Below are positions 29,262 to 44,953 of a stretch of DNA of 64,000 bases, one piece after another. The notes beneath the pieces are model-generated. The model had not been told where the DNA came from. It saw only the letters and a list, made by a program, of their open reading frames with translations, and searched no databases. Source of the stretch: Octopus vulgaris (taxonomy: Eukaryota); the NCBI GenBank assembly GCA_951406725.2, contig OX597823.1, forward strand, positions 104,036,001 through 104,100,000, in the 5' to 3' direction. Each line of letters opens with the position of its first letter. Within the stretch, counting starts at the first letter, position 1. Both the position numbers and the translations under genes were made by a program.

Positions 29262-29915
29262 CTTAATTCGGATGCGGGGTCGTCGTGTTGTGCAAGCGAT
29301 ATAGTGGTGGTGGTGGTGGTGGTGGTGGTTGCATTTGGAGCATCGTATTTTGTATACCACACACGTACGTAGGCAGATGACAATGTCACGAATGAGACAG
29401 TTCGTTAATTTCAGTGCTGCCGTACCGTACGTGACCACCTCGTTGATAGGTGTTTGCATAGGGACTGTTCTGAATGGGCCAACCGAATGTCGAATCCCTC
29501 GCTGCGGATAGCCTTGTGGTTGGCGCAGGTGGTCTTCTCATTGGAGTGGGTAATCTTCAGTACTCAGGTTTTAGAGAGATCCCTCTTCTGACGTTTAGTT
29601 GCTCTGTGTTCCTGCATGAAAGTGAACCCATGCCTCGTTAACCTGCTCAGTAACTTCCAGCTGGCTAACAGGTTTAGAATGGATTGTCCGAATGCTCCAA
29701 TGTGGACATGGTCCAGCAGCGCTGGCTCTTCCATATCTTACCTAGGTAGAGTCTTCATTAGGTCAGTGTTGTTCACAACTTCAGATCGTCAGTTATACTG
29801 ATCTCAAATTTGTGATCTGTGAACTTGACTTAGTTTCTGTAGGCAGGGCCCCGGTTACTGGAAGCTAAATACGTCACTTCTGGCGCGCAAGACCTACAGT
29901 GATCGGATTAGAGAT
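29262..29915 (+). pseudogene. L1/Tx1-clade LINE ORF2 AP-endonuclease remnant
   Basis: LANRFRMDCPNAPMWTWSSSAGSSISYLGRVF...SYTDLKFVIC...QGPGYWKLNTSLL; the last motif is characteristic of L1/Tx1. Confidence 0.75.
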
Positions 29916-30925
29916 CACTGTAGTAAATGCTGGCGAACCTCAAGAGGTTTGCTTTTGTGCTCTGCAGTAAACTCTCTCTCGATATCCATCTTGCACAGAC
30001 TTTATGGAAGCCGAGCTAATCGTAGATGATTTGATAGGAAGAACCATGACTAACCTGCAGAGAACAAGCTACCTCGCGGTTCACCAGTACCATCTCCCAA
30101 GCTTGTGGAATCTTCTCGTCTGTGGTGGAGGTTGACGGGCCTCCCCTTATTGTGCTAAAAGCCGCCAGTGAATGTCTGCATCTGACACACCTTCCGATCA
30201 GAGAAATTGGATCACTTCTCTTTGTTCTTCTTTGGTGCACATTACTAGTGAAGCGATCATGCTTACACTGCAAAGCTAGAAAGAAAAATGGCGTGATCAC
30301 GCTCAAACTTCAATCACGTGGCCACAATAGTACTAACTATTAGCACGCATGCGCAGAATGCAGTGCGAAAATAATAAAGATATGTTATGGCGAAAGTGCG
30401 GATAATTTTTGACTTCCCTTTGTATATTGTCGCTACAGATTATTGTGTGTGTGTGTGTGTATACTGGACTTTGACAGCAGTCAGTTCCCACATGATAGCT
30501 TTTATCATTCTTAAATAAATAATGAAATTCGTTATATGTTTCTAGATAATTGCATTTTTTGTGAGTCTATGTGTATGTGTCGGTGCTCGTTTGTGTTTGT
30601 GTCAAAGGGATATGTGTGTGTGTACGCATTTATACGTGTGGTGTGTATGTGCGTATCCGTGCGCATAACAAAATTTTAAATATTGGTTGCTTTCTGGTTA
30701 TGTCGTAGATGAAAATAGACGGAAGTGTGCGATTTGAGTAGAAATTTTGCTAATTATAATTAAGACTAACCTTCGACTGGCATATGCACATTCAGCAAAC
30801 ATTCATGGGAATTTGTTGAAATATTTATATGTACTCACACACGCACACATGTATTACTGCACACACACATATACATGAACTTATATGTAAACATGCATTC
30901 CTACGTATACACACACACTCACACA

Positions 30926-31026
<101 letters not shown>

Positions 31027-31271
31027 GAGGATAAAACTGTTTTGAAAATTTTTTATCAGTGGCCAGCATATAAAACGAAACCAATTAAGGTGAAAATTAT
31101 ATGTATAATTATAATGGGCTTAGAAAAATTTTCTAGCCTATATGCTGAGAAATAGACGCTAAATCGCGTCTCACCACTCAAAGAAGTGTGATTGTGACTT
31201 CTTTGAGGGGTTAAACAATTTAGCATCTATTTCTCAGCATATAGGCTAGAAAATTTTTCTAAGCCATTATC

Positions 31272-31309
<38 letters not shown>

Positions 31310-31333
31310 GTATGTATATTTTGTGTGTCTGAA

Positions 31334-31500
31334 AACCGGTGTTGGTGTGTTTACGGCCCCGTAACTTAGCGGTTCGGCAAAAGAGACCTATAGAATAAGT
31401 ACTAGACTTACAAAGAATAAGTCCTGGGGGTCGATTTGCTCGACTAAAGGCGGTGCTGCAGCATGGCCACAGTCAAATGACTGAAACGAGTAAAAGAGTA
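31334..31500 (+). mobile_element. SINE family 1, 3' half
   Basis: Near-identical to 13665-13822. Confidence 0.82.
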
Positions 31501-32189
31501 TCACAGCTCTAGACATAACAGTAGTAGAGTATTATTTAACTTGCATTGCTATTTTCCCGTCATAATTTATTCATGAAGCAACGGGGCACAGCAAAACTAT
31601 TTCAGACCTAGTATTCGCAACCACTGTGATGCTTTAATTGAGATCTGTAATGCTTTAGTTGAGAAAACTGTTCTCTCAGACTACGACATAATGTTCTGCA
31701 AACTTGTTCTGCAATCTAACGTCTCAATACCCAAAGAAAAAAGCATGCACATTCGACTCAGCACACCTAGTTGATAATGAGTCAGCATGACAAATTGGGA
31801 TTCAATTATACATGAGTTTTCACTTCTGGCTATCTTTCACACAGTTTTTCATACATCAAAGCGCCTTGGTAGGTGTTTGAGGATGTAATTACCAAAAGAA
31901 TTTCAAACAATAACTCTTGGTTTGAGCTTCAATCGGTAGGTCCTGGGAGGGTAATAATGCTCACTGCAAAAATTAAAGGACTTGATTTTAAAATTGAAAA
32001 TAAATAAATACTATCAGTAACAGTGCCCACGATCGACAGCAATATCAATGATTGAATCGAAAAAATATAATCTTCAGAACAGCATGAAAATTATCATAAA
32101 CCATCAAAGAACCGTTGGTTAAAACTAGGCCATTGAGAAATTAAGGATAACCCAGATATATTCACTTTGTTTTTCAAAACTATTGTGTT

Positions 32190-32400
32190 ACTCATTCAGC
32201 CATTGATCTAGTAACTTTTTCTACAAAAGTGTCCCACCCCCCCAAAAAAAAGAAGATTCTGCAGAAATACCGATGATCAATATTGTTCAAGCAGATTAAA
32301 ATGGTTAGCTCGGCCAAAGGCTTTGCTAAAGTCAAAGCATAGGGCATTGATGTTCGATCCTTCTTCCAAATCATTTAAAATGTAATCAAAATGGTGCGGA
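32190..32400 (-). pseudogene. CR1/Jockey-group LINE RT fragment, inverted
   Basis: Minus strand GSNINALCFDFSKAFGRANHFNLL. Confidence 0.6.
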
Positions 32401-33114
32401 AACTCTATTAAACTGTCTCTACTACATCATAAGCCATGATACCTCTTCAGTAACTCAGTTGTTTTTAATTTGACCAATCCTAATGAAGACTTTTACTCCT
32501 ATGGGGATGGAGCCTTCTTCTATTTTAGTTCCCAAGCTATGGTTGAGTATATATTAGTAACTATATCCTCAAACATCTGCCAAGCTGCTTTGATGTCTGT
32601 AAAAGTGTATGTGAAAGACTAGGCGAGAAGGGATAGGTCATGTGTAATTGGTCTCCAATTTACTTTATACAGACCTATGATGTCAAAGTATTTACTAATC
32701 CTGCTGAAGCTGACTTTGGCAGAATCAATGAAAACAACCCCCAAAACATCATACCAGACATACCCTTCTGCATGCCAGAAATGGTAACCTATACAATTAA
32801 GCTATAAAATTAAGCTTAATTAATATTGTAAGCTATAAAATTAAACATTTGACACTAGTATTCTTAACAAGTGCTGGCAACAACTTTCATTTCCCCTTAG
32901 GCAATTTCTGGAGGAAATCACTAAATATTTAAGCATAACCTGCTTTCCAAACTGCGTCGACTCAAATTTTTCCTTCGTTTAGCAGCATGTCGCTTTGTTT
33001 TGCCCGTTGAATCATATTTATGTCTCTCCGTTTCTCAAAAGGAGAAATAAACCGTTCACCGTAAAATTATCTCGCATAGAAAGCGGTGGAGTCAATAGAA
33101 TAACTAACTTACTG

Positions 33115-33295
33115 AAGAGTAAGAGTCTGCTAAAACCCAACCATCATTGCCTTCAATGAGTCAGAGTTTTATAATACCGTTTTTACACCACTTTGACAAC
33201 ATTTAAATGCTTTGACAGAGGGATCAAACACAGATGCCATATACTTTGATTTCACCAAGGCCTTTGATAGAGACGACCACATTATTTGAAAAACA
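33115..33295 (+). pseudogene. CR1/Jockey-group LINE RT fragment
   Basis: HHFDNI..ALTEGSNTDAIYFDFTKAFDR (RT motif D.YLDF.KAFD). Confidence 0.7.
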
Positions 33296-33457
33296 ATCCA
33301 ACACTTTATGAAAAATTGCCGACAGAGCGGTCGGCCAGATTATCTATAATGAGCAAAAGAAGACAAGCTGCAAAACGAGGGCAAAATTTGAGTTTATCTT
33401 CTTTCGAAAAGAGTCTTCAGGCCATTGGTGGAAGCTGACGGTGGCTACTTTGAGTAA

Positions 33458-33683
33458 ACTCTTTTACTTTTTTACTTGTTTCAGTCATTTTAACTGTGGC
33501 CATGCTGGAGCACTGCCTTTAGTCGAGCAAATCGACCCCAGGACTTATTCTTTGTAAGCCTAGTACTTATTCTATCGGTCCCTTTTGCCGAACCGCTAAG
33601 TTACGGGGACGTAAACACACCAGCATCGGTTGTCAAACGATATGGGAGGGACAAACACAGACACACGAACATACACACACATG

Positions 33684-33737
<54 letters not shown>

Positions 33738-33903
33738 TACGACGGGCTTCTTTCAGTTTCCGTCTACCAAATTCACTCACAAGGTTTTTGTCAGCCCGAG
33801 GCTACAGTAGAAGACGCTTGCCCAAGGTGCCACGCAGTGGAACTGAACCCAGAAACCATGTGGTTCGTAAGGAAGCTACTTACCACACAGCCACTCATAC
33901 GCC
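33458..33903 (-). mobile_element. SINE family 1, full length
   Basis: Reverse complement of 13383-13832. Confidence 0.88.
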
Positions 33904-34180
33904 TACAAAAAATTTTATTTCTGATCTGAATTTTTTGAACTGACAATATTCCTGCTTAAAATTTGATTTTATATTCATATGTGAATTTCTTTAGAAGAAA
34001 TCATCTTCAGAAATATATTTTTTCTTTGATTGTTTTATCGTCTTTCCAAACGTCTTGTATTTTTGTTTTCACTTTTCTTCTTGGATTTGGTTTATGATTG
34101 CTTTCTTAAAGTTGACATTCTCTTCTGTTATTTTAATTTACTTTTCTTATGTTTTAGGTGGGTTATATATATACATATAT

Positions 34181-34327
34181 ACGATGGGCTTCTTTCAGTT
34201 TCCATCTACCAAATCCTCTCACAAGGCTTTGGTCGGCTCGAAGCTATAGTAGAAGTCCAAGGTGCCACGCAGTGGGACTGAACCCGGAACCATGTGGTTT
34301 GTAAGCAGGCTACTTACCACACAGCCT
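34181..34327 (-). mobile_element. SINE family 1, 5' half
   Basis: Matches 33740-33892. Confidence 0.8.
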
Positions 34328-35097
34328 ATAAACTGCACCTATAAACTGTTAACTCCTAACCAGAATCTAGTTGATATGATGTGTTTTCTTTTATGCAAAT
34401 TGTAAAATTTAGCCTGAATGCCCAGTGGCTCCGATTAGGCTACAATTATTTTTAATTATTAGTTGAGTAATTTCAGTGAGTTGTACACTGCCTAGGCTAG
34501 GTGAGATATACCTTACTGAGCTTATACCATTTATATAACGTCCATTTCCATTTATATAAGGTTCCTAGAATTGAATTCCATATAAAGCAAATTCTTGAAT
34601 CTCTGATATGATATGATGATATGAGCCCGGTTGGAAATAAACCTGCTCGTTTCAGAATATTTTACCGTTCCACTTACTTTTATATCTAATCCACGTGACC
34701 GACTACTAGCGTTCAAAGGGCAGAGGTAATTATGCCTTCTAAACAGCGCCAGAGGAACTGAATTGCCACAGAAAAACATTCATGGGACGAAAGATGGCTA
34801 TGAGTTAACAGAACACATATTTTCTCCATATGGTGTGTCGGAGATTTTCGTCTATTTATTTCTTCGATTTCAAGGTATGGCACAGCCCCGAGAAATAAGT
34901 ATTCGCTTTCAGTAAATTATACAACGTATGGCAACATAAGATGTGATGTATTGAGTTCTTGTCAATTTTATTGACATAACTATATATATATATGTGTGTG
35001 TGCTTGTACAGGTAAGATTGTATATGTATATGTATGTGTGTGTGTGTATATATATATATATGGATATATGTATATATGTATATATGTATATATATAT

Positions 35098-36085
35098 AAC
35101 GGGAAGCTTTATGAAAATAGACAAAAGACGAAGGCAGGTGGAAAACAAACAAACAATTGTATTAGTATGGCGCTCAGGAAATATAAATAAAACAAGTCTT
35201 TAACGTTTCGAGCCTACGCTCTTCAACAGAAAGATACACAGAGAAAAAAAACACAGAAAGAAGGAGAGAAAAAAATATGCGTGCAGTAACTAACGAATCA
35301 ACATGGCGATCTGATTTCGGCCAGAAGTCAAAGATCAAACATGAGACGCGAGAGCGAAATTAGGGGAGATAATAGGGTTGAATGACCTACTCCAACTTAA
35401 GGGTGGGTGTGTGTGTGTGTGTGTGTGTGTATGAGAGAGTATTAGTGCGTATGAGAGGTCTGGACGTGTGTATGTATATATGATGTGATGTGTAAAGTCG
35501 TGTGGTGTAGTGTGGAGAGAGGAGAAGAGGGGGAGGGGGAGAAGAGGGGGGGAGAAGAGGGGAGAGGGGAGAGGGGATGAGAGGAGGGTGGAGGAGGAGA
35601 GAGGAGGGGGAGGAGGAAGGAGGAAAGAGGGAGATGGGAGAGAGAAGGGGAGTGAGGGAGCAGAGGGAAGGAGGGAGGGAGAAAGAGGGAAGAAGGGAAG
35701 AGGAGTAGGGGTGAAAGGATGAAGTACTGAAGAGAAGTAGGGGTCGGGGGGGTAGGTGATGAGGGGGGAGGGAGGTTAGATGAGGAGGGGGGTAGTTGAG
35801 ACCAAATGGCGTATAAGAGCGAAGAGGGAAGATTAATTCCTGTTCACGGCGCAAACGGGAATCCGGATGGCCTCTGTGTAAGGACAAACCGAACACAGAC
35901 AGGTGTTGCAAGGAGTGACCGGTGAAGCGGAAATGGCGTGAGACCGGTGTGTCGTTCGCAAGGTGGATGTCACGAAGGTGTTCCACGAACCGGTCAGCCA
36001 AGCGGCGTCCCGTTTGTCCGATGTACAAGGAATGGCAGAGAGCAAGAGACGCAATAGATAATATTGCTGGAGGTGCAGGTGATAT
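35098..36085 (-). mobile_element. 5'-truncated Penelope-like element: GIY-YIG endonuclease remnant + 3' UTR/pLTR with hammerhead motif
   Basis: Minus strand gives [14 protein letters not shown](frameshift)[25 protein letters not shown]...PVSRHF...RLRREQELIFPLRSYTPFGLN. (TA)n on both sides. Confidence 0.88.
35197..35234 (-). ncRNA. Minimal hammerhead-like motif, CTGTTGA core (identical copy at 61972-62009; CTGTAGA variant at 55741-55776)
   Basis: Minus strand TCTTT-CTGTTGA-A-GAGC-GTAG-GCTC-GAAACGTT-AAAGA. Confidence 0.6.
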
Positions 36086-36114
36086 ACATATATATATATA
36101 TATGTATATATGTA

Positions 36115-36168
<54 letters not shown>

Positions 36169-36212
36169 CATATATATCATATACAGAGATAGATAGATAC
36201 ATACATGCGTAC

Positions 36213-36243
<31 letters not shown>

Positions 36244-37285
36244 ATATATGTGTGTGTGCACAGAAACGTGCTTACATATGAGTGTAGGTGAGTGGGGGGC
36301 TATGCGTTTGTCTAGGAGCGTTCATGCTCGCGCGCGTGCGCGTTTGTTTTGGTGCGCGTGTGAATTTTTTCTGAAGCAAGTGTAAGGAGATATCGTGTTT
36401 TTCTAATGCACAGACACACAAACACACACACACACATGCACACACGCACACACACAAGTATGTTTGTTTGTATGTATGTATGTATGTATGTATGTATGTA
36501 TGTATGTATGTATGTATGTATGGATGGATGGATGTATGTATGTATGTATGTATGTATGTATGTATGTGCATACATGAAAAATGAAATAACTCGACTAGGT
36601 CGTTGACATCATTTGAGATATTTCGGGTATGTAAAATTAATTCCAATTCATTGAAATGTGTAAAACCAAAAACCTTGCTTGTCTACTTTTTAAATAGTCA
36701 TTGCTCGGTGATTCAGGAAGCCTGAGAAATTAATGATTCTGTAATGAAATCCAGTTAGAGCGAAGCATGTCCATATCTGTCGTCTTCAGATTTTTCCCTA
36801 TGCACGCAATGGAAAATTTCTGAGCGCTGAGCTAAGGACAAACATCAAGGCCAACGCCATGACAAGAACAACAATTACAACTAAAATAACAAGACCAAGG
36901 AGTATCCCTATACGAATAGCCAGACTTCAGGTCCCTAGATCTTCAACCATATTTATGTACTTATTTGTCCATTCATCCCTTCTCATATCTCTTTTATAAT
37001 CTCACATTTCTCATTCTTTCAAACACATTTACCCTATATATAACAGTGTCTGTAAATAAAGTAAATTAGTAATTCAATAACTAACTCCTAAATATGTAAC
37101 TAAAAGACTGCCGTGGCTTTAACTCCTACATTTTATGTCCCTACCATTCTTCATAATATGATAAAAGGGAAAGCTTAATAACTACATACATTCAATCTAA
37201 ATATAAGCAGGATTAAAAGCTAATCGTATATAATACACATATGTTTATATATATACATGCATATATGTATATATATATATATGTG

Positions 37286-37370
<85 letters not shown>

Positions 37371-37375
<5 letters not shown>

Positions 37376-37580
37376 TAATCCAAACAAGAAAGCATAAAAA
37401 AAAACACAACAACGCGAGGACGTGGAACAAATATAGTATTATTGGACGCTCAGGAAAGAAGGAAAGAAGGAGGGTTTATCGTTTCGAGCGGAGCTCTTCG
37501 TCGGAAACATAGGAGATGGAAAGATCCAGAGAAGGGAAGACAGAGGAAAAAAAATCGCCAACGGTACACACGCGGTCATA
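37371..37580 (-). mobile_element. Solo PLE-like pLTR fragment
   Basis: Homologous to 21961-22160; hammerhead-like motif at 37474-37508 with the cleavage triplet changed to GAT. Confidence 0.65.
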
Positions 37581-37605
37581 TAGGAGTGGCTGTGTGGTGG
37601 GTATA

Positions 37606-38053
<448 letters not shown>

Positions 38054-38091
38054 TTAAAAATATAAGAACACATTCATACACACACACATAC

Positions 38092-38140
<49 letters not shown>

Positions 38141-38394
38141 CATCTATATATAAATATATATGTATGTATCTATATATATATGCAAATATATATGCGTATA
38201 TATATATATATATATATATATCGTTTTGGGATTTGGTTTCCAAGATTCTTTATATGAGGTTGCAAAGATTGCAAGGCTGCAAGACGCAACGAAAATTTTA
38301 GGACAATAAAAATAAGAAAAAAGAGGAAAGTTTACCGGTGAGTATGTTACATAATAAGGCACCAAAAGAAAATGACTCTCCCCAGACACAATAG

Positions 38395-38426
<32 letters not shown>

Positions 38427-38827
38427 CATACTTTTGCCCATTTGATATGTATATGTATAATTCTATTTCTTATGTTACGTTCGTCCGATAGTCATGCTTA
38501 ATATTTCCTTGTGTTTGTGTATGAACATTCGTTTGCCTTGCTCAGAGGCTTAATGATTTCAATTTAAGCCCTCGGCCGAACAGGTTTCGAGTAGTATCGA
38601 AAAGGATTGGGTGAAACAACGTGGCCATTCCACAATCCGACTGAAGAAGCAATTGGCTGCGAATGATTCGCATATTTCGTATCGTCCTGTTTGTCGTTGT
38701 TGTGTCGCTCTCGTCACTTTCCTGCTTGTTGTGTCTTGACGATTTCCGTTTCTGTTTTTTTATCTTTGATTTATCCATGCAGTGCTATGTACAATCTGGT
38801 ATATATATATGTAAATATATATTTATG

Positions 38828-38875
<48 letters not shown>

Positions 38876-38881
38876 TGTATA

Positions 38882-38927
<46 letters not shown>

Positions 38928-38933
38928 TGTATA

Positions 38934-38973
<40 letters not shown>

Positions 38974-38994
38974 CATGTATATATATATATATAT

Positions 38995-39045
<51 letters not shown>

Positions 39046-39339
39046 TATATATTTATATATACAAATTGAGATAGGGGTTGTAAATGCAACCCTCCATGGG
39101 ATAACATATATCCAATATACTGCCATTGAAGTACCCAACATAGTTAATACATAAATGTTAAGAATTGCGATATGTGATTGAGTATTATCTGGTAATTGAT
39201 ATTTGATTTCGATGTATTTCTCCATTTTTTTATTTTGTATTTATATATGTATATATATTAATTTATATATATACATATATCTATATGTATATATGTATAT
39301 GTGTATGTATATATATGTATATGTATATATAGATGTGGG

Positions 39340-39385
<46 letters not shown>

Positions 39386-39399
39386 TACACACACACTCA

Positions 39400-40625
<1,226 letters not shown>

Positions 40626-40925
40626 ACAGTACAGTACTGTTTCTACTTCGCGGAATTTCACCTGTCGCAGGGGATTTTGGAACGTATATATGTATGTGTG
40701 TGCGTATGTATATATGTATAAACCTATGTATGTAATAATACTCACACAAACATTCATATATATGTGTGTGTATCAATGCATACACACGCATACACGCACA
40801 CACACAGGGGCAGATTTGGCTCAGTGGTTAGGGAGTTCTACAGCATGGTACATTAAGCAAATATGTTCTTCGTCGGACCTCGTCTGACCCATGCCTTCTC
40901 AGTGAATTTAGCAAACTGGAAGTGG

Positions 40926-41006
<81 letters not shown>

Positions 41007-41242
41007 CTTCTAGCATCTCTTTATCCAACTAATCCAGAAATGGCGTTCTCAAGTAATCGATGTACGTGTGATCTTTCGTTATTTTTCCCTCTATGCCTAC
41101 GTGAATTGCTTTTGAGTATACATTGTCTGGGAGACTCTTCTTATAGTAGAGGAAATAGCTAAAATTGTTTGGCTGCTATTTCTAAAAGTTCGGTGTGTGG
41201 TAAAGTAAATTTTTTTACTGAACTCTAATTATATAATGTAAC

Positions 41243-41294
<52 letters not shown>

Positions 41295-41376
41295 TCATAC
41301 ACTAATCGCTCGACTTGGCGGGTGTTACATTCCAAAAACACCCCGCGATAGGTGAACTGCGACACGGTAGGGATTA

Positions 41377-41408
<32 letters not shown>

Positions 41409-41676
41409 GGTTATGGGTCAAATGTAAAGGAAACAAAAGACAAAAACAGATGAGGTAGTTGCTTTGTGGTTATACACTTCGACAAAAAGTGATGAGAGCC
41501 CAAAAAATGGAGAGAAAGAAAAGAAATGGAGAAAGTAAAAAGGGGCGGAATTAACGGTTTTACATGTATATGTATATATCTGTGTGGCGTGTACGTGTGT
41601 GTGTTTGTGTATGTGTCTGTTTGTGTGTGTGTGCTTGTGTGTGTGTGTTTGTGTGTGCGTCTGTTTGTGTGTATGC

Positions 41677-41738
<62 letters not shown>

Positions 41739-42303
41739 GAATTTGTAAATATAAAATATGTACACACACAGACACAGAAACACACAAACACACACACTCA
41801 CACAAACAGACCCACGTACCACATAATATTTGTTGTCTGTATGAAGGTATAAGTATGTGAGTTTGTGTACTCATGGGACTGTTTGGGCGCCTGCAGGCGT
41901 GTGGGTTTTGGAGTACGCTTCCATATGTTTTTTCTTTTTTGTCCCTGCAGCTGCTCACCCACTCTCTCTCTCTCCCTCCCTCCCTCACGGGACATTAAAT
42001 CTGTATTACAGAGCATTGCTCTGTATTTCCGGATTCTTTACGCCTGTAAGGTGTCTCTAACGTTATAGATCACTTTGTACAGTCGGTGACTTTAGTTTTC
42101 TCACATGATCTTTTCAGCTTCATGGCCACTTCTGTCTACTCTGCCTTCCGGTCTGGAAGGAAAACACATCAGTAATTCAGGAATTCGCTCTCTTATTATG
42201 TTCGTGATGAATATAATATTAGCAGGCTTAAATGAGCAAATTATACGTGCTTGCATACATACATACATGCATTCATATATATATGTAAAACATTCATACA
42301 TAC

Positions 42304-42336
<33 letters not shown>

Positions 42337-42385
42337 CATATATACACACGCACACACATAAATGTATATATATAAACACATACAC

Positions 42386-42421
<36 letters not shown>

Positions 42422-42636
42422 CAAAGCAATTCCAACTCTGTTTTTTATATTTTATTTATATTCTTTATAATATTAATGTAGAATATAGAATATATAGTAA
42501 AATGAAATGAAGTTTTGATTGTCTTATTGAATAGATGAAATGTTGAATATGAAATATTAGGGGACTAGTATATTTTCATGCATTAAACCAGTCTTCAAGG
42601 TCCCAGTTTGTGGATATATATATATATATATATATC

Positions 42637-42640
<4 letters not shown>

Positions 42641-42670
<30 letters not shown>

Positions 42671-43220
42671 TGTATGTATGTATGTATGTTTGTATGTATG
42701 TATGTATGTTTGTATGTATGTATGTTTGTATGTATGTATGTATGTATGTATGTATGTTTGTATGTATATATGTATGTATGTATGTATGTTTGTATGTATG
42801 TATGTATGTTTGTATGTATGTATGTTTGTATGTATATATGTATGTATGTATGTATGTTTGTATGTATGTATGTATGTATGTATGTATGTTTGTATGTATG
42901 TATGTATGTATGTATGTATGTATGTTTGTATGTATATATGTATGTATGTATGTATGTTTGTATGTATGTATGTATGTATGTATGTATGTATGTATGTATG
43001 TATGTATGTTTGTATGTATGTTTGTATGTATGTATGTTTGTATGTATGTATGTATGTATGTATGTATTATGTATGTATGTATGTATGTTTGTATGTATGT
43101 ATGTTTGTATGTATGTATGTATGTATGTATGTATGTATGTATGTATGTATGTATGTATGTTTGTATGTATGTTTGTATGTATGTATGTATGTTTGTATGT
43201 ATGTATGTATGTTTGTATGT
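42641..43220 (+). repeat. (TATG)n with TTTG interruptions
   Basis: Directly visible. Confidence 0.95.
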
Positions 43221-44654
43221 ATATTAGCACTGCATCCCGGCGTAGCCCGGGTGTTATGACCTTCAGCCACATTGTATTATTTGCTTCTTTCTCATGGGCA
43301 GAATTGGCACAACTGATATATAGTTAATGGTATAATGGAAGTAATAATTTGTTTAAAAATGAAGGGGGAGGGTACAATTTGCATGAGTTTGCAAGAAAGT
43401 GCTTTCTGTTCTTGATACGGATCAGAAACTGTATTGTTTCATCGTATAATTGGGGGTTAATACGATTTTGTCCAGAAATCGTTTTCGAAATTTTAATTTC
43501 CCTCCATCCCCACCGCAATTTCTTAATTTGTAGCTTTTTTATGAATTGCTTTTTTTTTTGGAGGTGGGGGGATCTACGAAGAAAAATATAAAAATTACGA
43601 ATCTAGGAAATATATTTTTTTATGGTTTAATTGTTTTTGAAGAAACACTCAATGCCCCTTTCCCCCACCTCCGCCACCCATCACCTGCCCACTTTCAAAA
43701 AGCTAAAATCTCCCAATCTTTCACTTTTGTCTGATGTTTCCCGCATGAGTAGAATTCTACTGAAATAGCAGACGTGAAAAATACCTGACCGCCATCAGAA
43801 ACCGACATGCTAGAAACAACAGGTAAACGACATTATTTCTGAAGAAACTTCCCCGCTTTCCAAAAAGCTGAAAGTGAAACATTGGGAGTCTGTAACTTTT
43901 TGAAAGTGGTGAGGTGATGGGTAAAATTCCTAAAGATTCGTACTCTCTGTCTTCTATCCATTGATTACCAAGAAAAAAAAAATGAATTTGGTCTGGAGAG
44001 GGAGAAACTTAAAATAATGAGAATGTGTTTTGTGGGTGAAATCCTACTCTCCTATATCGTAAACATAGGTATCGGAAGTAATTAAGGAAAAACATAAATG
44101 GGGACGGAAATGTCACCTCGGACATGCTGGAAAGAAGAGGTAAAGGACAGGATTTCTGGGAAAACTTCCTTTTAAGTTTATATAGAAGATCAGGTTTTTT
44201 AATACGCTCATCACAAATAAAAATTGCACAATAGAAAAGGCTCGTTTTAATTGGATTTGAGCTGTAAATATGCGCGTGCACACAACAAGAAATAACATAA
44301 TTCGCACAGACGTTTACCTAAATTGTATTTATGTGTGTGTGAAAGGAGGCTATTTATGGCATACTTTCGTTTGAAGAAGCAAAGTTGTCAACTCGATCAT
44401 CTAGGATCATATGGTTGTTCGTTAATTTCCGTAAACATTTAAAAATTTCGTTATGCTTTGAAGAGAGCAGAAATTGAAAGTGAGGAGAAAGTAAAAAGGT
44501 GACATTTGCCTTTGAAGTGAGAGCAGAAATGAAAGATATATGTACGTGTATATGAAATGAACGTGTGAGAGAAGGGAGAGTGAGTGAGTGAGTGAAGGTG
44601 TGTGTTGTAATGTATGAATTTTTTTACATGTAAGTGTAAGTGGCACTTACTCGC

Positions 44655-44706
<52 letters not shown>

Positions 44707-44953
44707 TATCTTTGTAGGTGGAGGTAAAGAATACGCACACCACCTGTTATCGGCGTAACCCTCATCCTAAACACCGGATGTGAGTAGTCTTTATATTCTC
44801 CCATAAATACATACACATGTATCTTTTTTGTGTATGATAGTGAGGGAGGGCGAGAAAGAGAGAGAGTGACTTATTTCCTCATAACATATAGAGAAAGGGA
44901 TATATTTTAATGCAATTTTTTCGGTTGTGGCATATTTTAATACAATATTTATA

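Noticed and set aside
38636-38675. CTGAAGA-A-GCA..TGC-GAAT motif
   Set aside because: GAAA and cleavage site absent; possibly a decayed pLTR but not supportable.
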